Source: a virus
Lineage: Duplodnaviria > Caudoviricetes
Direction: 5' to 3' (one strand)
Length of the DNA: 40,762 nucleotides
Virus record (IMG/VR): IMGVR_UViG_3300022867_000001
Location: 1-40,762 of that record
The position numbers and the translations under genes are program-made. Below, piece after piece: positions 1 through 10,695 of the stretch (position 1 is its first letter; the number at the start of each line of letters is the position of its first letter). Under the pieces are notes generated by a model that saw nothing but the letters and a program-made list of their open reading frames with translations, did no database searches and was not told the DNA's origin.

Positions 1-47
1 TGTTAGTAGCAACTAAACCTATATCTGTAGCATCATTTGCAACTGAA
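1..47. repeat. 47-bp terminal overlap identical to 40716-40762 (circular assembly junction)
   Basis: tgttagtagc...gcaactgaa occurs at both window ends; the tail-fibre reading frame continues across the join. Confidence 0.95.
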
Positions 48-562
48 GTTACATCTGCTGAAATACCTGCAACCGTTGTAACGTCTGCACTTATGCCTGA
101 TACTGTTGTGATGTTTGGTAAGTTTGTAGATATGAATTGTTTGTTGACACCATCAGTATTGTCTACTGGGTCTGCTACATTTGTTAATCTTTTATTTTGT
201 GTGTCCCATTGAAAATTTGTATTATCAATTTTAATTACGTCACCTGCGTCATCAATAGCTTCTTGTGACATAAAGAATGCCTGTTCACTATCTGTATCTA
301 AATCATTTTCAGTAAGAACTGAACCAGACGCATAGTCTGTAAGCCTTGTAGTTTGTGATGTTGTTCTTCTAATCTCAATAGCTACACCTGAAGCAGGTGC
401 AGTATTAAATGTAAGGGTAGTTCCTGCGGCATTCAGTGAATAAGCTGTTGTAGCTGACCCTGCAAGAGTGATTGTTAAGTCACCTGTAGTTCTATAACTA
501 AAGGGTATTGAATAAGATGTTGTACTGTTATCGCCTGTATAACGTACAAAACTATTTGCCAT
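1..562 (-). CDS. Tail fibre protein (T7 gp17-like), 5' part; continues at 40715 down to 39151 (about 708 aa)
   Basis: ATG at 562 with AAGGA SD; MANSFVRYTGDNSTTSYSIPFSY...IEIRRTT...RLTDYASGSVLTENDLD matches the T7 gp17 N-terminal adapter pattern; absent from the ORF track. Confidence 0.9.
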   Translation of the reverse strand, partial: MANSFVRYTGDNSTTSYSIPFSYRTTGDLTITLAGSATTAYSLNAAGTTLTFNTAPASGVAIEIRRTTSQTTRLTDYASGSVLTENDLDTDSEQAFFMSQEAIDDAGDVIKIDNTNFQWDTQNKRLTNVADPVDNTDGVNKQFISTNLPNITTVSGISADVTTVAGISADVTSVANDATDIGLVATN

Positions 563-595
563 GTGTCATTTTCCTTAATATTTGATTTAGTTTTA

Positions 596-612
596 CTAAA
601 AGAGCAGGTTTA
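596..612 (-). promoter_or_regulatory. Phage RNAP promoter, late-type TAAACCTGCTCTTTTAG
   Basis: Identical to 14654-14670; intergenic, upstream of the tail fibre gene. Confidence 0.85.
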
Positions 613-616
613 GTCT

Positions 617-3600
617 CTATTGAGCTAACGTCTCTAGGGTTTCTCTGTGTTTCTTCATTGAACGATACTTATTTTGAAGTAAGGCTTTTCTTCTTTCTTC
701 AAATTCAGGGAACTCACGCATCATCAATCTTTTAGCATTTCTGTCTATTCTTTGAATAAAGCCTATAATTACTTGGGCTTGTTCATCTTTGCCATTTATA
801 GTTCCATCAGGATACATATAAATAAAACTTTTCTTATCTAAAATCATCTTTTCAACATATTCCGCTAACGTATATTTTTTACCTGTATAAGTAGAGCTTG
901 TTATAATAGCACCGTTTGAAGTTACTCTTGTGTCATCTTTTATCTCTAACATTCTATCGTATGCTGTTTGATTTTTAGAATTTCTAATATCTTTTAATCT
1001 CATTCCCATGCTATCTCCTTTTACTTTTAAAGTAGCTTGAGGGTGATTATACTTAAATTCTCTTTCTCTAATAAATTTAGCTGTCTCTGTGTTCTTAAAA
1101 TTAGTCATAGCAAACGGAGAAGACCATAGTCCACTCTCACCACCTAATCCAAATAACCAACCGTTTTTTCTATCAATCTTTTCTCCAAACATATTACGTC
1201 TAGGCATAACCGAAGTCTTACTATCCAAAGGGTTTAAAGTTTGTAACCTATCATTTAAAGTGTACAGTTCTCTTTCCCACTCATCATTAACTCTATCTAT
1301 ATATCTTAAACCTCCTGATAAAGGGAAAGCCTTATAAACAAATTGTGATAACACTTGCGACCCCATTTTATCCAACCTTCTTGAGTGCATGGCTTCATCA
1401 GAACTAAAGAAGTTAGCTAACTCAATAATGTTCTTTGTATAAAATTTAGAAGTTAAGTTTCTTGTCATTGTTGCTACAACACCCATGACTAATTCTGTAG
1501 TATCTTGTTGTACAGCAGGGTCTATATCATCTGTATATTTTAAATGTTTATTCATTAACTCCACTAAATCTGCCGCAATAAAGAATGGCATCATAAGTGG
1601 GTCTAATCTATTTAAAGAGATGTATCTGCCATCATCAGTTTTATATGAGTATGGTTGTTCACCTGTGTTTTGTTCTTTGTCTCTTTGTTTTTTATAACTT
1701 CTATCGCCACCACCTGTAATTTTACCAGACATAGCAAAACCAATAGCAGTTCCCCATAAAGCCCAACCCATTTGTATTCTTGCAGTAGCTTCAGCCGCCG
1801 CCTCTGGGTTTAAATATTCTTTTTTTCTAAACGGATTTAATCCTCTAGCAATTTCACTTCTTAATTTTCCGTTTGGTAATCTTTTTTCAGCTAACATGTG
1901 TGCCATTTGAAATTGAAATCTACCAAGAAAAGGTAAATGCTGTGCTGACCATCTTAATAAGTTTGACGGTGTGTTCACAAAGTGAAGACCTAAAACTCTT
2001 AATGCTTTATGTTTTGTAGCTATTCTTAATATTGAACCAGTAAGTTTGTCTTCTAATTCTCCTGTGTTTGGATTTATTTGACCTACGTTACCTGTGTAAG
2101 AACCTTCTTGTGCGTCATATAAAGGTGAATCTAATCTAGCATCAACTGTTTTATCAATTTCTACAGCAGAACCATTTTCATTGATATACTCAGCTTCTAT
2201 TTGTTTTGCTCTTTCTTTATATTTATCTGCGTAAGTAATGTCCGTAAAATTCTTTTTATTTATTTGTATTTTGGTATCACTCATTACACTAAACTCAGGA
2301 TTTTCTTTTAATATTCTTGAGTTAATTAAAGATGTCATTCTTGCTTTAAACATCATAGATTTAAGAAATTCATCTCCTGCTGATAAAACTCTCATGGGTG
2401 CAGAGATAACTCTTCCTGTACCTCTAAATCCACCTGTAATAATTTTACCTAATGTACTACCGTCAGCACCTACAGTTTTAGAAACAGCATCACCCCAAGC
2501 ATCAAACAAATCTTGAAGTTGTCCTTGCCTCATTGTGCTGTCGTGTTTCATTTGTCTACTATCAAGAATAGCTCTACCTTCTCTAAAAGATTTAGAGGCT
2601 CTTTTTAAAGCATGACCTAAAAATACATATTGATATAAATAAGTTTGAAGTGCCTCTCTCATAATAACTTTTGCTCTATCTGCATCTCTGAAATACATGT
2701 TAGCACCTCTTAATAATCTAGTTGCAGGTTTCCACTGTGTTTGTACTAGACCTGACACAATGTTAAGTATGTGTGTATCTGGTGAAGATAAAAGGTTATT
2801 GTTTACAAATTCTGTTGCTAAGTCCCATTTGTCTACTTCTCTTGAATTTTGCAATGCTCTAATAATTTGGTCTCTGTCAGCAAGTTTTCCTACAGCTTGT
2901 ATAAATTCCCATTGTTGTTCAGCAGTACCTTTTGATAAATCTAACATCTTAGGGTCTTCAGGAGTAGCCATTAATTTAGTAACTCTTGTGCCGTCAGCAT
3001 CAATGTTTCTAGCACTTAAAGCTCTTGCTACGTTAGTACCCATAATACTATCTACATCTAATAGTTTTTCAGTTATTTTTCTTTCTTCTTGAAATTTAAG
3101 TATCAACTCCATCTTTTCTTCAGGTGTGTAGTTATATTTAGTATTCACACTCTCTGAACCGATTGCACCCATTATGTCGTGTCTAGTTTTAATTGCATCT
3201 TTTTGTGAACCCATTGTTACATAAAGTTTAACAAACTCATCACTGTATGCGGCGTTGTTAGCTCGTTCTTCTAATTTTTTAGGGTCAGCACCAAGTTCTT
3301 TCATCTCGGTTTTCATTTGTTCAAATGTAATTTTACCTTTGTTTAATCTTTCTGTAGTTTCTAAAATATTGTATTTAATTAAACCTTCATAAGAAATTTC
3401 TTTACCTGTGCTAGGGTTTTTAAATTTAGTTGCGTTGTTAGATAATAAAGGTGGTTTATCTACATTAGTAATTTCACCTTCATTTAATCTATTAATATAT
3501 TCTTTTGTGGATTTGGGTGCAGGTTTGTTTTTTAGGGAGGGAGTGTTGTTGTCAGGCATTAACTTGTCAAATAATTTTGCACCTGACATGTTACTTCGAC

Positions 3601-4432
3601 CTTTGTCTTCTATTTCTTGTAAAACTTGTACACTTTTTCTTCTTAATGAATTGTTTGTTAATTTAAAAGCACCTGCCGCAAACGCAGAACCAAAAGCTGT
3701 ACCAAAGCCAAACCCTGCGGCTGTTGATATTGCTCCTCTACCTACGCTGTACTCATCTTGAATACCTGCTTTTATATTTGTAGTTTGTAATAAAGCATCT
3801 TGACCACCTGCTATAACAGCATTGATACCTCCTTCAGTTAAACCGCCTTTAATTATGGCATTACCCATTGCCGCTTTTTGTGCTTGTTTTGAAGTTTCTT
3901 TTAATGCTTGTTCGTTAAGTTCACCTGCTATTTTATTTTTTAGCGTTACTCTTAATGCTTGTTTATAAGCTGTTTTAGCCGCTTGACCGCCGACACCTAC
4001 TCCTATTAAGTTTACAGGGTCAGCTATCATAGCTCCACCATTATCAACTAACCATGCACCAAAATTTCTATTTGGGTCATTCCAAAATGAAGGTAAGTTT
4101 TCATACGTTTGTGATATGTATGCAAATTCTTTTAATCTTTTATCATCATCTTCACCCATGACATTAGACATATCCATACCCATAGACACAGTGTTGTTTG
4201 TTCTCCAAGACCTGTCAGTATAGAAATAATCTAATAAATCTGCATGAGACATTTTATTAAATTTTTTATCGTTTTCTCTATAAGAGTAATAACTTTTTAA
4301 TGTGTTGTAAAATCCTTCAGTCTGTATTTCTTCTAAAGCACCTTCATCTGTAGTAGCTATTTTAGGTACAGTGTAATTTGCATTAAAAATAGGTTCTTCT
4401 ATAGTTTTCTTGTTTAATGTTTTAAATTCCAT
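617..4432 (-). CDS. Internal virion protein D (gp16-like ejectosome protein)
   Basis: 1271 aa; position between gp15 and gp17 in T7 gene order. Confidence 0.75.
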   Translation of the reverse strand: MEFKTLNKKTIEEPIFNANYTVPKIATTDEGALEEIQTEGFYNTLKSYYSYRENDKKFNKMSHADLLDYFYTDRSWRTNNTVSMGMDMSNVMGEDDDKRLKEFAYISQTYENLPSFWNDPNRNFGAWLVDNGGAMIADPVNLIGVGVGGQAAKTAYKQALRVTLKNKIAGELNEQALKETSKQAQKAAMGNAIIKGGLTEGGINAVIAGGQDALLQTTNIKAGIQDEYSVGRGAISTAAGFGFGTAFGSAFAAGAFKLTNNSLRRKSVQVLQEIEDKGRSNMSGAKLFDKLMPDNNTPSLKNKPAPKSTKEYINRLNEGEITNVDKPPLLSNNATKFKNPSTGKEISYEGLIKYNILETTERLNKGKITFEQMKTEMKELGADPKKLEERANNAAYSDEFVKLYVTMGSQKDAIKTRHDIMGAIGSESVNTKYNYTPEEKMELILKFQEERKITEKLLDVDSIMGTNVARALSARNIDADGTRVTKLMATPEDPKMLDLSKGTAEQQWEFIQAVGKLADRDQIIRALQNSREVDKWDLATEFVNNNLLSSPDTHILNIVSGLVQTQWKPATRLLRGANMYFRDADRAKVIMREALQTYLYQYVFLGHALKRASKSFREGRAILDSRQMKHDSTMRQGQLQDLFDAWGDAVSKTVGADGSTLGKIITGGFRGTGRVISAPMRVLSAGDEFLKSMMFKARMTSLINSRILKENPEFSVMSDTKIQINKKNFTDITYADKYKERAKQIEAEYINENGSAVEIDKTVDARLDSPLYDAQEGSYTGNVGQINPNTGELEDKLTGSILRIATKHKALRVLGLHFVNTPSNLLRWSAQHLPFLGRFQFQMAHMLAEKRLPNGKLRSEIARGLNPFRKKEYLNPEAAAEATARIQMGWALWGTAIGFAMSGKITGGGDRSYKKQRDKEQNTGEQPYSYKTDDGRYISLNRLDPLMMPFFIAADLVELMNKHLKYTDDIDPAVQQDTTELVMGVVATMTRNLTSKFYTKNIIELANFFSSDEAMHSRRLDKMGSQVLSQFVYKAFPLSGGLRYIDRVNDEWERELYTLNDRLQTLNPLDSKTSVMPRRNMFGEKIDRKNGWLFGLGGESGLWSSPFAMTNFKNTETAKFIREREFKYNHPQATLKVKGDSMGMRLKDIRNSKNQTAYDRMLEIKDDTRVTSNGAIITSSTYTGKKYTLAEYVEKMILDKKSFIYMYPDGTINGKDEQAQVIIGFIQRIDRNAKRLMMREFPEFEERRKALLQNKYRSMKKHRETLETLAQ

Positions 4433-6516
4433 TATCTATTTCCACTTCTTATTCTTGGAGTTTCTTTTGGTCTATTAATTATATTTTCTATAGCTTGTTC
4501 AATAGTTTCAACAGGAACATTTAATTTTTCAGATATAGAAGCTATCATTTCATCTCCTTGCTCTTGTGGAATAAGTTGAAAAAATTCCAGATTAAATTTA
4601 TTGTCAGGAATTATTGATGTAAGGGCTTGTTCAACTAAAGGCATTACTTTGCTTTCAGTAAGACTTTGATTAAGAGATTCCATAAAAGATGCTTGACCTT
4701 GACTTCTTTGAGAACCTTCTTTTAAAGTTGTTGTACTATCAGTTGGCTCATACTCAGGTATCTCTATGTCAATATTTGGAATTGCCTCTACAATAGCGTT
4801 AAATGTTTCATAGAAACCAGAAGCTCGTTTTGTTTCTTCCTTTGCGTCCTCTATTAGTTTGTCATCAGCAGTCTTGTCAATTTTATCTTTCTTAGCTTTT
4901 TCTTCAGCCTTAATTCTATCAACTTCCTGTTCATCAAAAGTTTTCATGTTTATTACACCTTGAGCATCTTTATATTGACGTTCTACGTCATCAAGTTTTC
5001 TTTTCATAAACGCTGTTCTCTCTTCATTAGTAGGTTTTAATCTTTTTTTTCCATTAGCTTTAGCGTCTTCATAATAATCTTTTTCAAAATCATATATCTC
5101 AACAATAAGATGTGCATTAACGCTATCTGTTGCAACTTTTACTAAATCTCCATCAGGGTTTGCGGCTATATATGGTGCTAACATTTGTCCTAATTTATTG
5201 TTAACAGCTTCTGTTCCCATGACGTAAGATGTATTAACTAGATGAAGTCTTTTGTTATCATCTAATATTGAATTATCGTAAGCCTCATACAATTTAGGTT
5301 GATTTGCAGGAGCTATGTTATTATCATTTATTAATTTTGCTATATCAGTTCTATCTTGAACTTGGTCGTCACGTATCATAACTATTAAATTATTGAATAC
5401 TTCAGGGTCGTTATCGTAGTATGGGTTAGCCTTCATTGTATTTACAAACAGTGTTAAAAGTTGCATATCTCCTTCTCTTCTGACAGCGTCTTTCAAATCT
5501 TGTTTTTCTATTTCATTTAATGGTCTAGTAGTTACATTTCCATTTTCATCTATTTCTTCAACTTTATTCACAAGCATTTTAGTAGTAAGTGCTTTTATTC
5601 GGTCAGCAGTTTCACGTGCTTCTACTTGTCTATCATTAGTAATTAAATTTCTTCTTTTAATTTCTAAATTTTTTACAAGCGTAGCAATTTCTTTTGATTT
5701 TCTTGAGGCTAAAGTACCAATAGCTGAACCACTTTTAGAATAACCTAAATTTGTATTTAAAAGAATATCAACTCTATCTAAGTCATCTTCTGTTTTTGCA
5801 GTGTCAATTAAATTTGATACACTGTTTTTCATTACCGCTAATGTTTCTTCGTTTGTGTACAATAAAGATGAACCTGTGCCATCTCTCAAGGGTAAAGGTA
5901 TTTGTAAACTTTTAAGAAAATTAGGTATTTCTGTTTTTAATTTTGAAGTTTCAATTCCATCTAAAAGAGTGATACCTTCTTCATTTTTAACTTTTAGAGC
6001 TTCACCTGCTCTAGCTTCAGCATCTTGTGTAGCGGCATCTGCTCTAAATTTATTAAAATTGGAAGTAAACCCTAATAAAGTTGCACTATCCATTGACCTT
6101 GTATCAGGTAAGAACTTGTTAATAAACATATCTAAATTAGTGCTTTTATTTGTAATATCGTATTCACCGTTGTTTTGAGCCGCTACAATAGTATTTTTTA
6201 CTTCTTCGGCTTTAACTCTACCTGCATGATAGTTTGTAGTAGCATCAATGTATTTACCAGTTAACTCTTTGTGTTTACCTGAAATAATCTCTGCTTGTAT
6301 GGTTTCAAAAGATTTACCTGTTGCATACATCTCGTCTATCTTTGCAATAGCTTTATCTTTTTTCCTATCAATTCTTAATTCATTTGCTTTACCAATTTTG
6401 TAACCTGCGTTAGTTAAAGATTTAGCTAAACCATCTACACTACTGCCTGATGATACATACCCTGCACTACCTGCACCATAGTATTTATTTGTTCCTTGTC
6501 TTTTATATTCAGCCAT
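4432..6516 (-). CDS. Internal virion protein C (gp15-like)
   Basis: 694 aa, charged; synteny. Confidence 0.65.
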   Translation of the reverse strand: MAEYKRQGTNKYYGAGSAGYVSSGSSVDGLAKSLTNAGYKIGKANELRIDRKKDKAIAKIDEMYATGKSFETIQAEIISGKHKELTGKYIDATTNYHAGRVKAEEVKNTIVAAQNNGEYDITNKSTNLDMFINKFLPDTRSMDSATLLGFTSNFNKFRADAATQDAEARAGEALKVKNEEGITLLDGIETSKLKTEIPNFLKSLQIPLPLRDGTGSSLLYTNEETLAVMKNSVSNLIDTAKTEDDLDRVDILLNTNLGYSKSGSAIGTLASRKSKEIATLVKNLEIKRRNLITNDRQVEARETADRIKALTTKMLVNKVEEIDENGNVTTRPLNEIEKQDLKDAVRREGDMQLLTLFVNTMKANPYYDNDPEVFNNLIVMIRDDQVQDRTDIAKLINDNNIAPANQPKLYEAYDNSILDDNKRLHLVNTSYVMGTEAVNNKLGQMLAPYIAANPDGDLVKVATDSVNAHLIVEIYDFEKDYYEDAKANGKKRLKPTNEERTAFMKRKLDDVERQYKDAQGVINMKTFDEQEVDRIKAEEKAKKDKIDKTADDKLIEDAKEETKRASGFYETFNAIVEAIPNIDIEIPEYEPTDSTTTLKEGSQRSQGQASFMESLNQSLTESKVMPLVEQALTSIIPDNKFNLEFFQLIPQEQGDEMIASISEKLNVPVETIEQAIENIINRPKETPRIRSGNR

Positions 6517-6525
6517 TACTATCCT

Positions 6526-7038
6526 TTATTGTTTTTTTGCCGCTTTATCTTTTTCATTTTGTTGGTAACCTTCACTAGCACTTGTAGCGATACCAATAAT
6601 TAATCCTGCTCTTGATGGGTCTGTAGGTGGTTTTAAACTATTATAAGTTTTTACTTGGTTAGCGTATGCTTCCGTTTTCTGATTAGCGAATAATTGCATG
6701 TCTTTATCGTAACCACTTGTAATTTCATTCCAATCTTCATCATATAACGCACCAATAGATTGAACTATTTTTGTATTGTTTGCGTTACCTAAATTCATTT
6801 TTTGTGCAATCTCACCATCTCTTGTTGCTTTAGTTATAGCTTCAGCCTTTGCTTTCTCCATGTCAGCATTAACTTTCTCTTGGTCAATTTTGTTAAGGTC
6901 ATGTAAATATCCTCTATCGGCATTTCGTCTTGTTGCATCTTGGTCTCTTCTAATAGCTTTGTTGTCAGCTTTCTTTTGTCGATAAGCCTGATACTGTCCT
7001 ACTATTGCTAGACCTGCTTGTGCGTAAGCATTACACAT
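6526..7038 (-). CDS. Internal virion protein B (gp14-like)
   Basis: MC- start, Ala/Gln-rich 170 aa; synteny. Confidence 0.7.
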   Translation of the reverse strand: MCNAYAQAGLAIVGQYQAYRQKKADNKAIRRDQDATRRNADRGYLHDLNKIDQEKVNADMEKAKAEAITKATRDGEIAQKMNLGNANNTKIVQSIGALYDEDWNEITSGYDKDMQLFANQKTEAYANQVKTYNSLKPPTDPSRAGLIIGIATSASEGYQQNEKDKAAKKQ

Positions 7039-7514
7039 TATTTATTTACCTCTTTCATCATTAATATAAATGGTATTTTTCCAACACCAAAATCTCCTAT
7101 TTTTCTTTTTGGTTCAAATCCTAAGAACTGTAACCATTTTAAACTTTTCCAATTTCTTTCATCTACAAAATTGTAGACATGTTCATAATCTTTACTCATG
7201 TCATGTACCCATTTAGGACACTCTTTAATAAATTGTTTAATATGTTTAAATAAATCTTCACTAGATAATAACCAAACTATTCCATACCCTTTTTCTTTAA
7301 CAGGACTAGACCCAAACATACCAATCACACCTTCTGACTTTGTGCCTAAAATAGAATAAATCTTTGCACCTTTTTGTGTAAAAGGAAGAACTAAACTTTC
7401 TAACGGTGTTGAACCATCTGAAGCCATAATTTCTTTTCTATCTCCTATTCTCATTTTAGGAGCTAACTCTAAAGCATCTTTTAATTCTGCTTTTCTTACG
7501 TAATTTTCTTTCAT
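7038..7514 (-). CDS. Internal virion protein A (gp13-like, GNAT-like fold)
   Basis: YNFVDERNWKSLKWLQFLGF motif; follows gp12. Confidence 0.75.
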   Translation of the reverse strand: MKENYVRKAELKDALELAPKMRIGDRKEIMASDGSTPLESLVLPFTQKGAKIYSILGTKSEGVIGMFGSSPVKEKGYGIVWLLSSEDLFKHIKQFIKECPKWVHDMSKDYEHVYNFVDERNWKSLKWLQFLGFEPKRKIGDFGVGKIPFILMMKEVNK

Positions 7515-10006
7515 TAAATTCTTCTTGCTCTGTTGTGATAATAGCCTTCAACTTCTGCACCTGAAATATACATAGGTAAATGTGATGAAGATTTTATATC
7601 TAAAGTAAATTCTGAATTTTGTGATTGAACTGGTACTCTTAAAGTTCCTGTTGCAATAGCAGGTTGTCCAATGATACTTGTTGCAGTACCGATAATATAA
7701 CCATTCATAATACTTGTAGATTTATCTCTGTTTGTAGGAGTAACTTCCACTTGGAAGAACCCACTGTTTTCAAAATTAAAAGATATATTTCTTATTTGGT
7801 ATCTACCTGAAGTAACAGCTACTAATCCTCTTCCAGTATTCTCTCTGACATACTGAGGAGATAGTGTGTATTTACTTTCATAAGGCACACCAATGTATAA
7901 CGCTGTGTGGTCTCCAACGATTGTATACGTAGACCCTGACGTGTTTGTTGCTGTGTAGTTATTACCGTTAACCCTATCTACAGCTATTAAACCAGTTTTA
8001 GCACCATAAGGTGACGTGAATGTTGTTAAGCCAGTACCACTTGCGTATGTACCTGTCACTGATGCTTTAAGGTCAATATAAACACCATGTCCTATAGTGG
8101 CATCTTTTAAATTTCTTAAATCTATTTTAACTAATTTTGTAGTAGTCCCTTCAGAAATTACTACATAGATAAAACTTTCTAAAGACATAGCACCTATAAT
8201 TTTAGCACCTGTAAATGTCCATTTAGACCAAGCGTTTTGTACTTTCTCGCCACCATCAAAGAAATACTTATAGATGTACATAGTGTCCGCATCTGTTGAA
8301 GACGCAGTGCCACTAAAAGGTGCTGTTTGACTATCACCTGTAGCTGAAGTTAAAAATATTAATGTATCTTCTGTTGTATTAGATACAATTTGATAACAAT
8401 TACTTGGTATTAAGTTTCCTACTGAAACAGTAATATCCATACCATCATTTGTTAATGTATCATCATCAGCAAAGTATTCTCTTATTGCTGTACCTGAAGT
8501 TCTTGCTTGTGCAAAATATGCAAACTTACCTGCTGATACTGGAGTAACTTTATCATCATGTTCAAATGAAGATACTTCATTAAGTATAGCTGTAGTCGGT
8601 GAAATACTTTCCCCAGAACTATCTAATTTATATTGTGCTGTATCAGAAAATAATAATAAACTTTCATTAAATCCTACAGAGTTTTTAAGTGTGTTAACTT
8701 GTGTACCACTAGCCGCTATATCAATGGGGTCAGTGTCTAAAACTTGTGTAGAAGTTGTTGCAAAGTAATTAAAGAAAGAAGCATTTTCTGTTAATACTAA
8801 ATTCTCTCCTGATAAAATACCTAATCTATTTTTGTAATAGGTTAAGTTATTAATTTTTCTACCAATAAATGTAGGGTTAGGGTTACTATCTGCATCACCA
8901 CACACCCTGTCAGTCCATGTTAATTCTTGAAATGTAAATGTTCCATCATTATTGTTAATCAATGCGTGAGGCATTGTAGAATTTGTAACTCCTAATGATG
9001 TTGCAGGTGCTAGTGTTTCATTCCATACACCTGATTTACCTGAAAATTTTACATAGTAATCTGATAGTTCATCACCTTCTTCACCAGTTACTTTCATAAT
9101 TACACCTGTCTTTGCGTAGAAAGGTAATTTACTAAAATCTTGTATCTCATCTCTGATTGCATACATGGCTGTATTACCAGAACCATCTGAAGTAGTTATA
9201 GTATAAGCCGCATTACCATCAGTAGGTTTTCCATAAATTACACTGTCAAATTCTTCAAACGTAAAATGAGAAGTAAAACCAGAATAATTAGATAACCCTT
9301 GTGTTGTAGATACTGAAGCTCCTGTGTCAGTTCTTCTAACATTGAAACCAATACCATTTGCACTACTATCCCAGTGTGTACTTGAAGTTCCTTTTAAAAG
9401 TATGTCTGTAATTTTGTTAGTGTCTCTAAATTTTGCATCTGTAGCCGCATCATTACCAGTAGGTAATTGAAATATAACTTCTAGCTCTTGTGCCATTGAT
9501 GGGTGTTTCAATGCTACTTTATATTCTCTACCGTAGTTTGTTAATTTACAAACAATTAAAAACTCTTCTACTTTAGCCGCAGACGTAGTGCTGTCTGCTG
9601 TAACTGTAGTGTTAGTATTAGCAATGAAAGTATAATCTGCAACATTAACTAATTTAAAATTCTCTCTTGGATTAGTTGAAGTTAAATAACTTGAACCACT
9701 TGCAATAGTAACTGTCTTTTCATTACCTGCTAAATCAAATACTTTAACACCGCCATTGTATAAAGCTACAATGTACTGATTAGAAGCGTCTCTTTGTATT
9801 GACCAAAATTTTGTTTTATTAGAATAGATATTAGAACTATCTAATGTTGCTATATAATCTAAAGGAGGTCTTTTAGCTAAACCATCAACTAAACCGTTTT
9901 GTAGATTTATTTGGTCTTCGCCCTGATTAATACCTCTTTGAGTAGGTGTCTGTTGAGACATACCGTTCAAAAAGTTAGGGATTGATTGCGATACTACGCT
10001 TCCCAT
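7514..10006 (-). CDS. Tail tubular protein B (gp12, nozzle)
   Basis: VSQSIPNFLNGMSQQ, GLAKRPP, QNAWSKW motifs; 830 aa. Confidence 0.95.
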   Translation of the reverse strand: MGSVVSQSIPNFLNGMSQQTPTQRGINQGEDQINLQNGLVDGLAKRPPLDYIATLDSSNIYSNKTKFWSIQRDASNQYIVALYNGGVKVFDLAGNEKTVTIASGSSYLTSTNPRENFKLVNVADYTFIANTNTTVTADSTTSAAKVEEFLIVCKLTNYGREYKVALKHPSMAQELEVIFQLPTGNDAATDAKFRDTNKITDILLKGTSSTHWDSSANGIGFNVRRTDTGASVSTTQGLSNYSGFTSHFTFEEFDSVIYGKPTDGNAAYTITTSDGSGNTAMYAIRDEIQDFSKLPFYAKTGVIMKVTGEEGDELSDYYVKFSGKSGVWNETLAPATSLGVTNSTMPHALINNNDGTFTFQELTWTDRVCGDADSNPNPTFIGRKINNLTYYKNRLGILSGENLVLTENASFFNYFATTSTQVLDTDPIDIAASGTQVNTLKNSVGFNESLLLFSDTAQYKLDSSGESISPTTAILNEVSSFEHDDKVTPVSAGKFAYFAQARTSGTAIREYFADDDTLTNDGMDITVSVGNLIPSNCYQIVSNTTEDTLIFLTSATGDSQTAPFSGTASSTDADTMYIYKYFFDGGEKVQNAWSKWTFTGAKIIGAMSLESFIYVVISEGTTTKLVKIDLRNLKDATIGHGVYIDLKASVTGTYASGTGLTTFTSPYGAKTGLIAVDRVNGNNYTATNTSGSTYTIVGDHTALYIGVPYESKYTLSPQYVRENTGRGLVAVTSGRYQIRNISFNFENSGFFQVEVTPTNRDKSTSIMNGYIIGTATSIIGQPAIATGTLRVPVQSQNSEFTLDIKSSSHLPMYISGAEVEGYYHNRARRI

Positions 10007-10614
10007 TAGTAAGTCCTACGAGGTGTTCTATTGATTATAGAAAATGTATTCTGGTCTCCATTAAGCATGTTTGCGTCAGCCTCTTGGCTATCTGCTTGAT
10101 GAAATGCCATTAGAGCTTCATTTTCATCTTGACCAATTAATTGTGTAATTTCTTTATCACCTATAAATCTTGAGGCAAATCTTCTTGCCGCTTTCATTGT
10201 AATATATTGTCTAGCGTATTCAGGACAATGTGCCAGTTGTTGTACTAGAACCAAATCAACACTTGAAGGTGCTGAAGTAAAGATGTCTGTGTGATTATCC
10301 ATATCATATAAATAGCCGTTTCTAATTGTGTAGTTTAAATATCTGTAAGAGGGGTTTGCATCTGCTTTAACGCAGTTTGAAGGAAGGGGTACTTTACCGT
10401 CACTGTCGATTGATAAAGATTTGTAATTTGTGTGTGTGTTGAAATTCCACCCTTGAGATTGAATGGACATTGAAGTTTCGTTAAGAATATTTATAGCTGT
10501 TGATACATCTACTGTAGTAGTTCCTGTAATTGAGTTAACAGGTGCTTCTCCAATCGTACTCAACATGATGTTGACCGACTGCAATTCTGTAGTAGGTGTA
10601 ATTTGTGTTGCCAT
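10006..10614 (-). CDS. Tail tubular protein A (gp11)
   Basis: ELQSVNIMLSTIGEAPV, QSQGWNFN, YITMKAARRF motifs. Confidence 0.95.
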   Translation of the reverse strand: MATQITPTTELQSVNIMLSTIGEAPVNSITGTTTVDVSTAINILNETSMSIQSQGWNFNTHTNYKSLSIDSDGKVPLPSNCVKADANPSYRYLNYTIRNGYLYDMDNHTDIFTSAPSSVDLVLVQQLAHCPEYARQYITMKAARRFASRFIGDKEITQLIGQDENEALMAFHQADSQEADANMLNGDQNTFSIINRTPRRTY

Positions 10615-10642
10615 ATATCCTTTAAGTTAAATTTTGTGTGAG

Positions 10643-10683
10643 TACACAGGGCGGATTGTCTGTGTTAATCTCCGCCCTGTATA
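10643..10683 (-). terminator. Strong hairpin after capsid gene (T-phi position; terminator or processing/stabilising stem)
   Basis: ACAGGGCGGA...TCCGCCCTGT perfect 10-bp stem, extendable; no U-tract follows. Confidence 0.55.
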
Positions 10684-10695
10684 AATTAAGAAGTA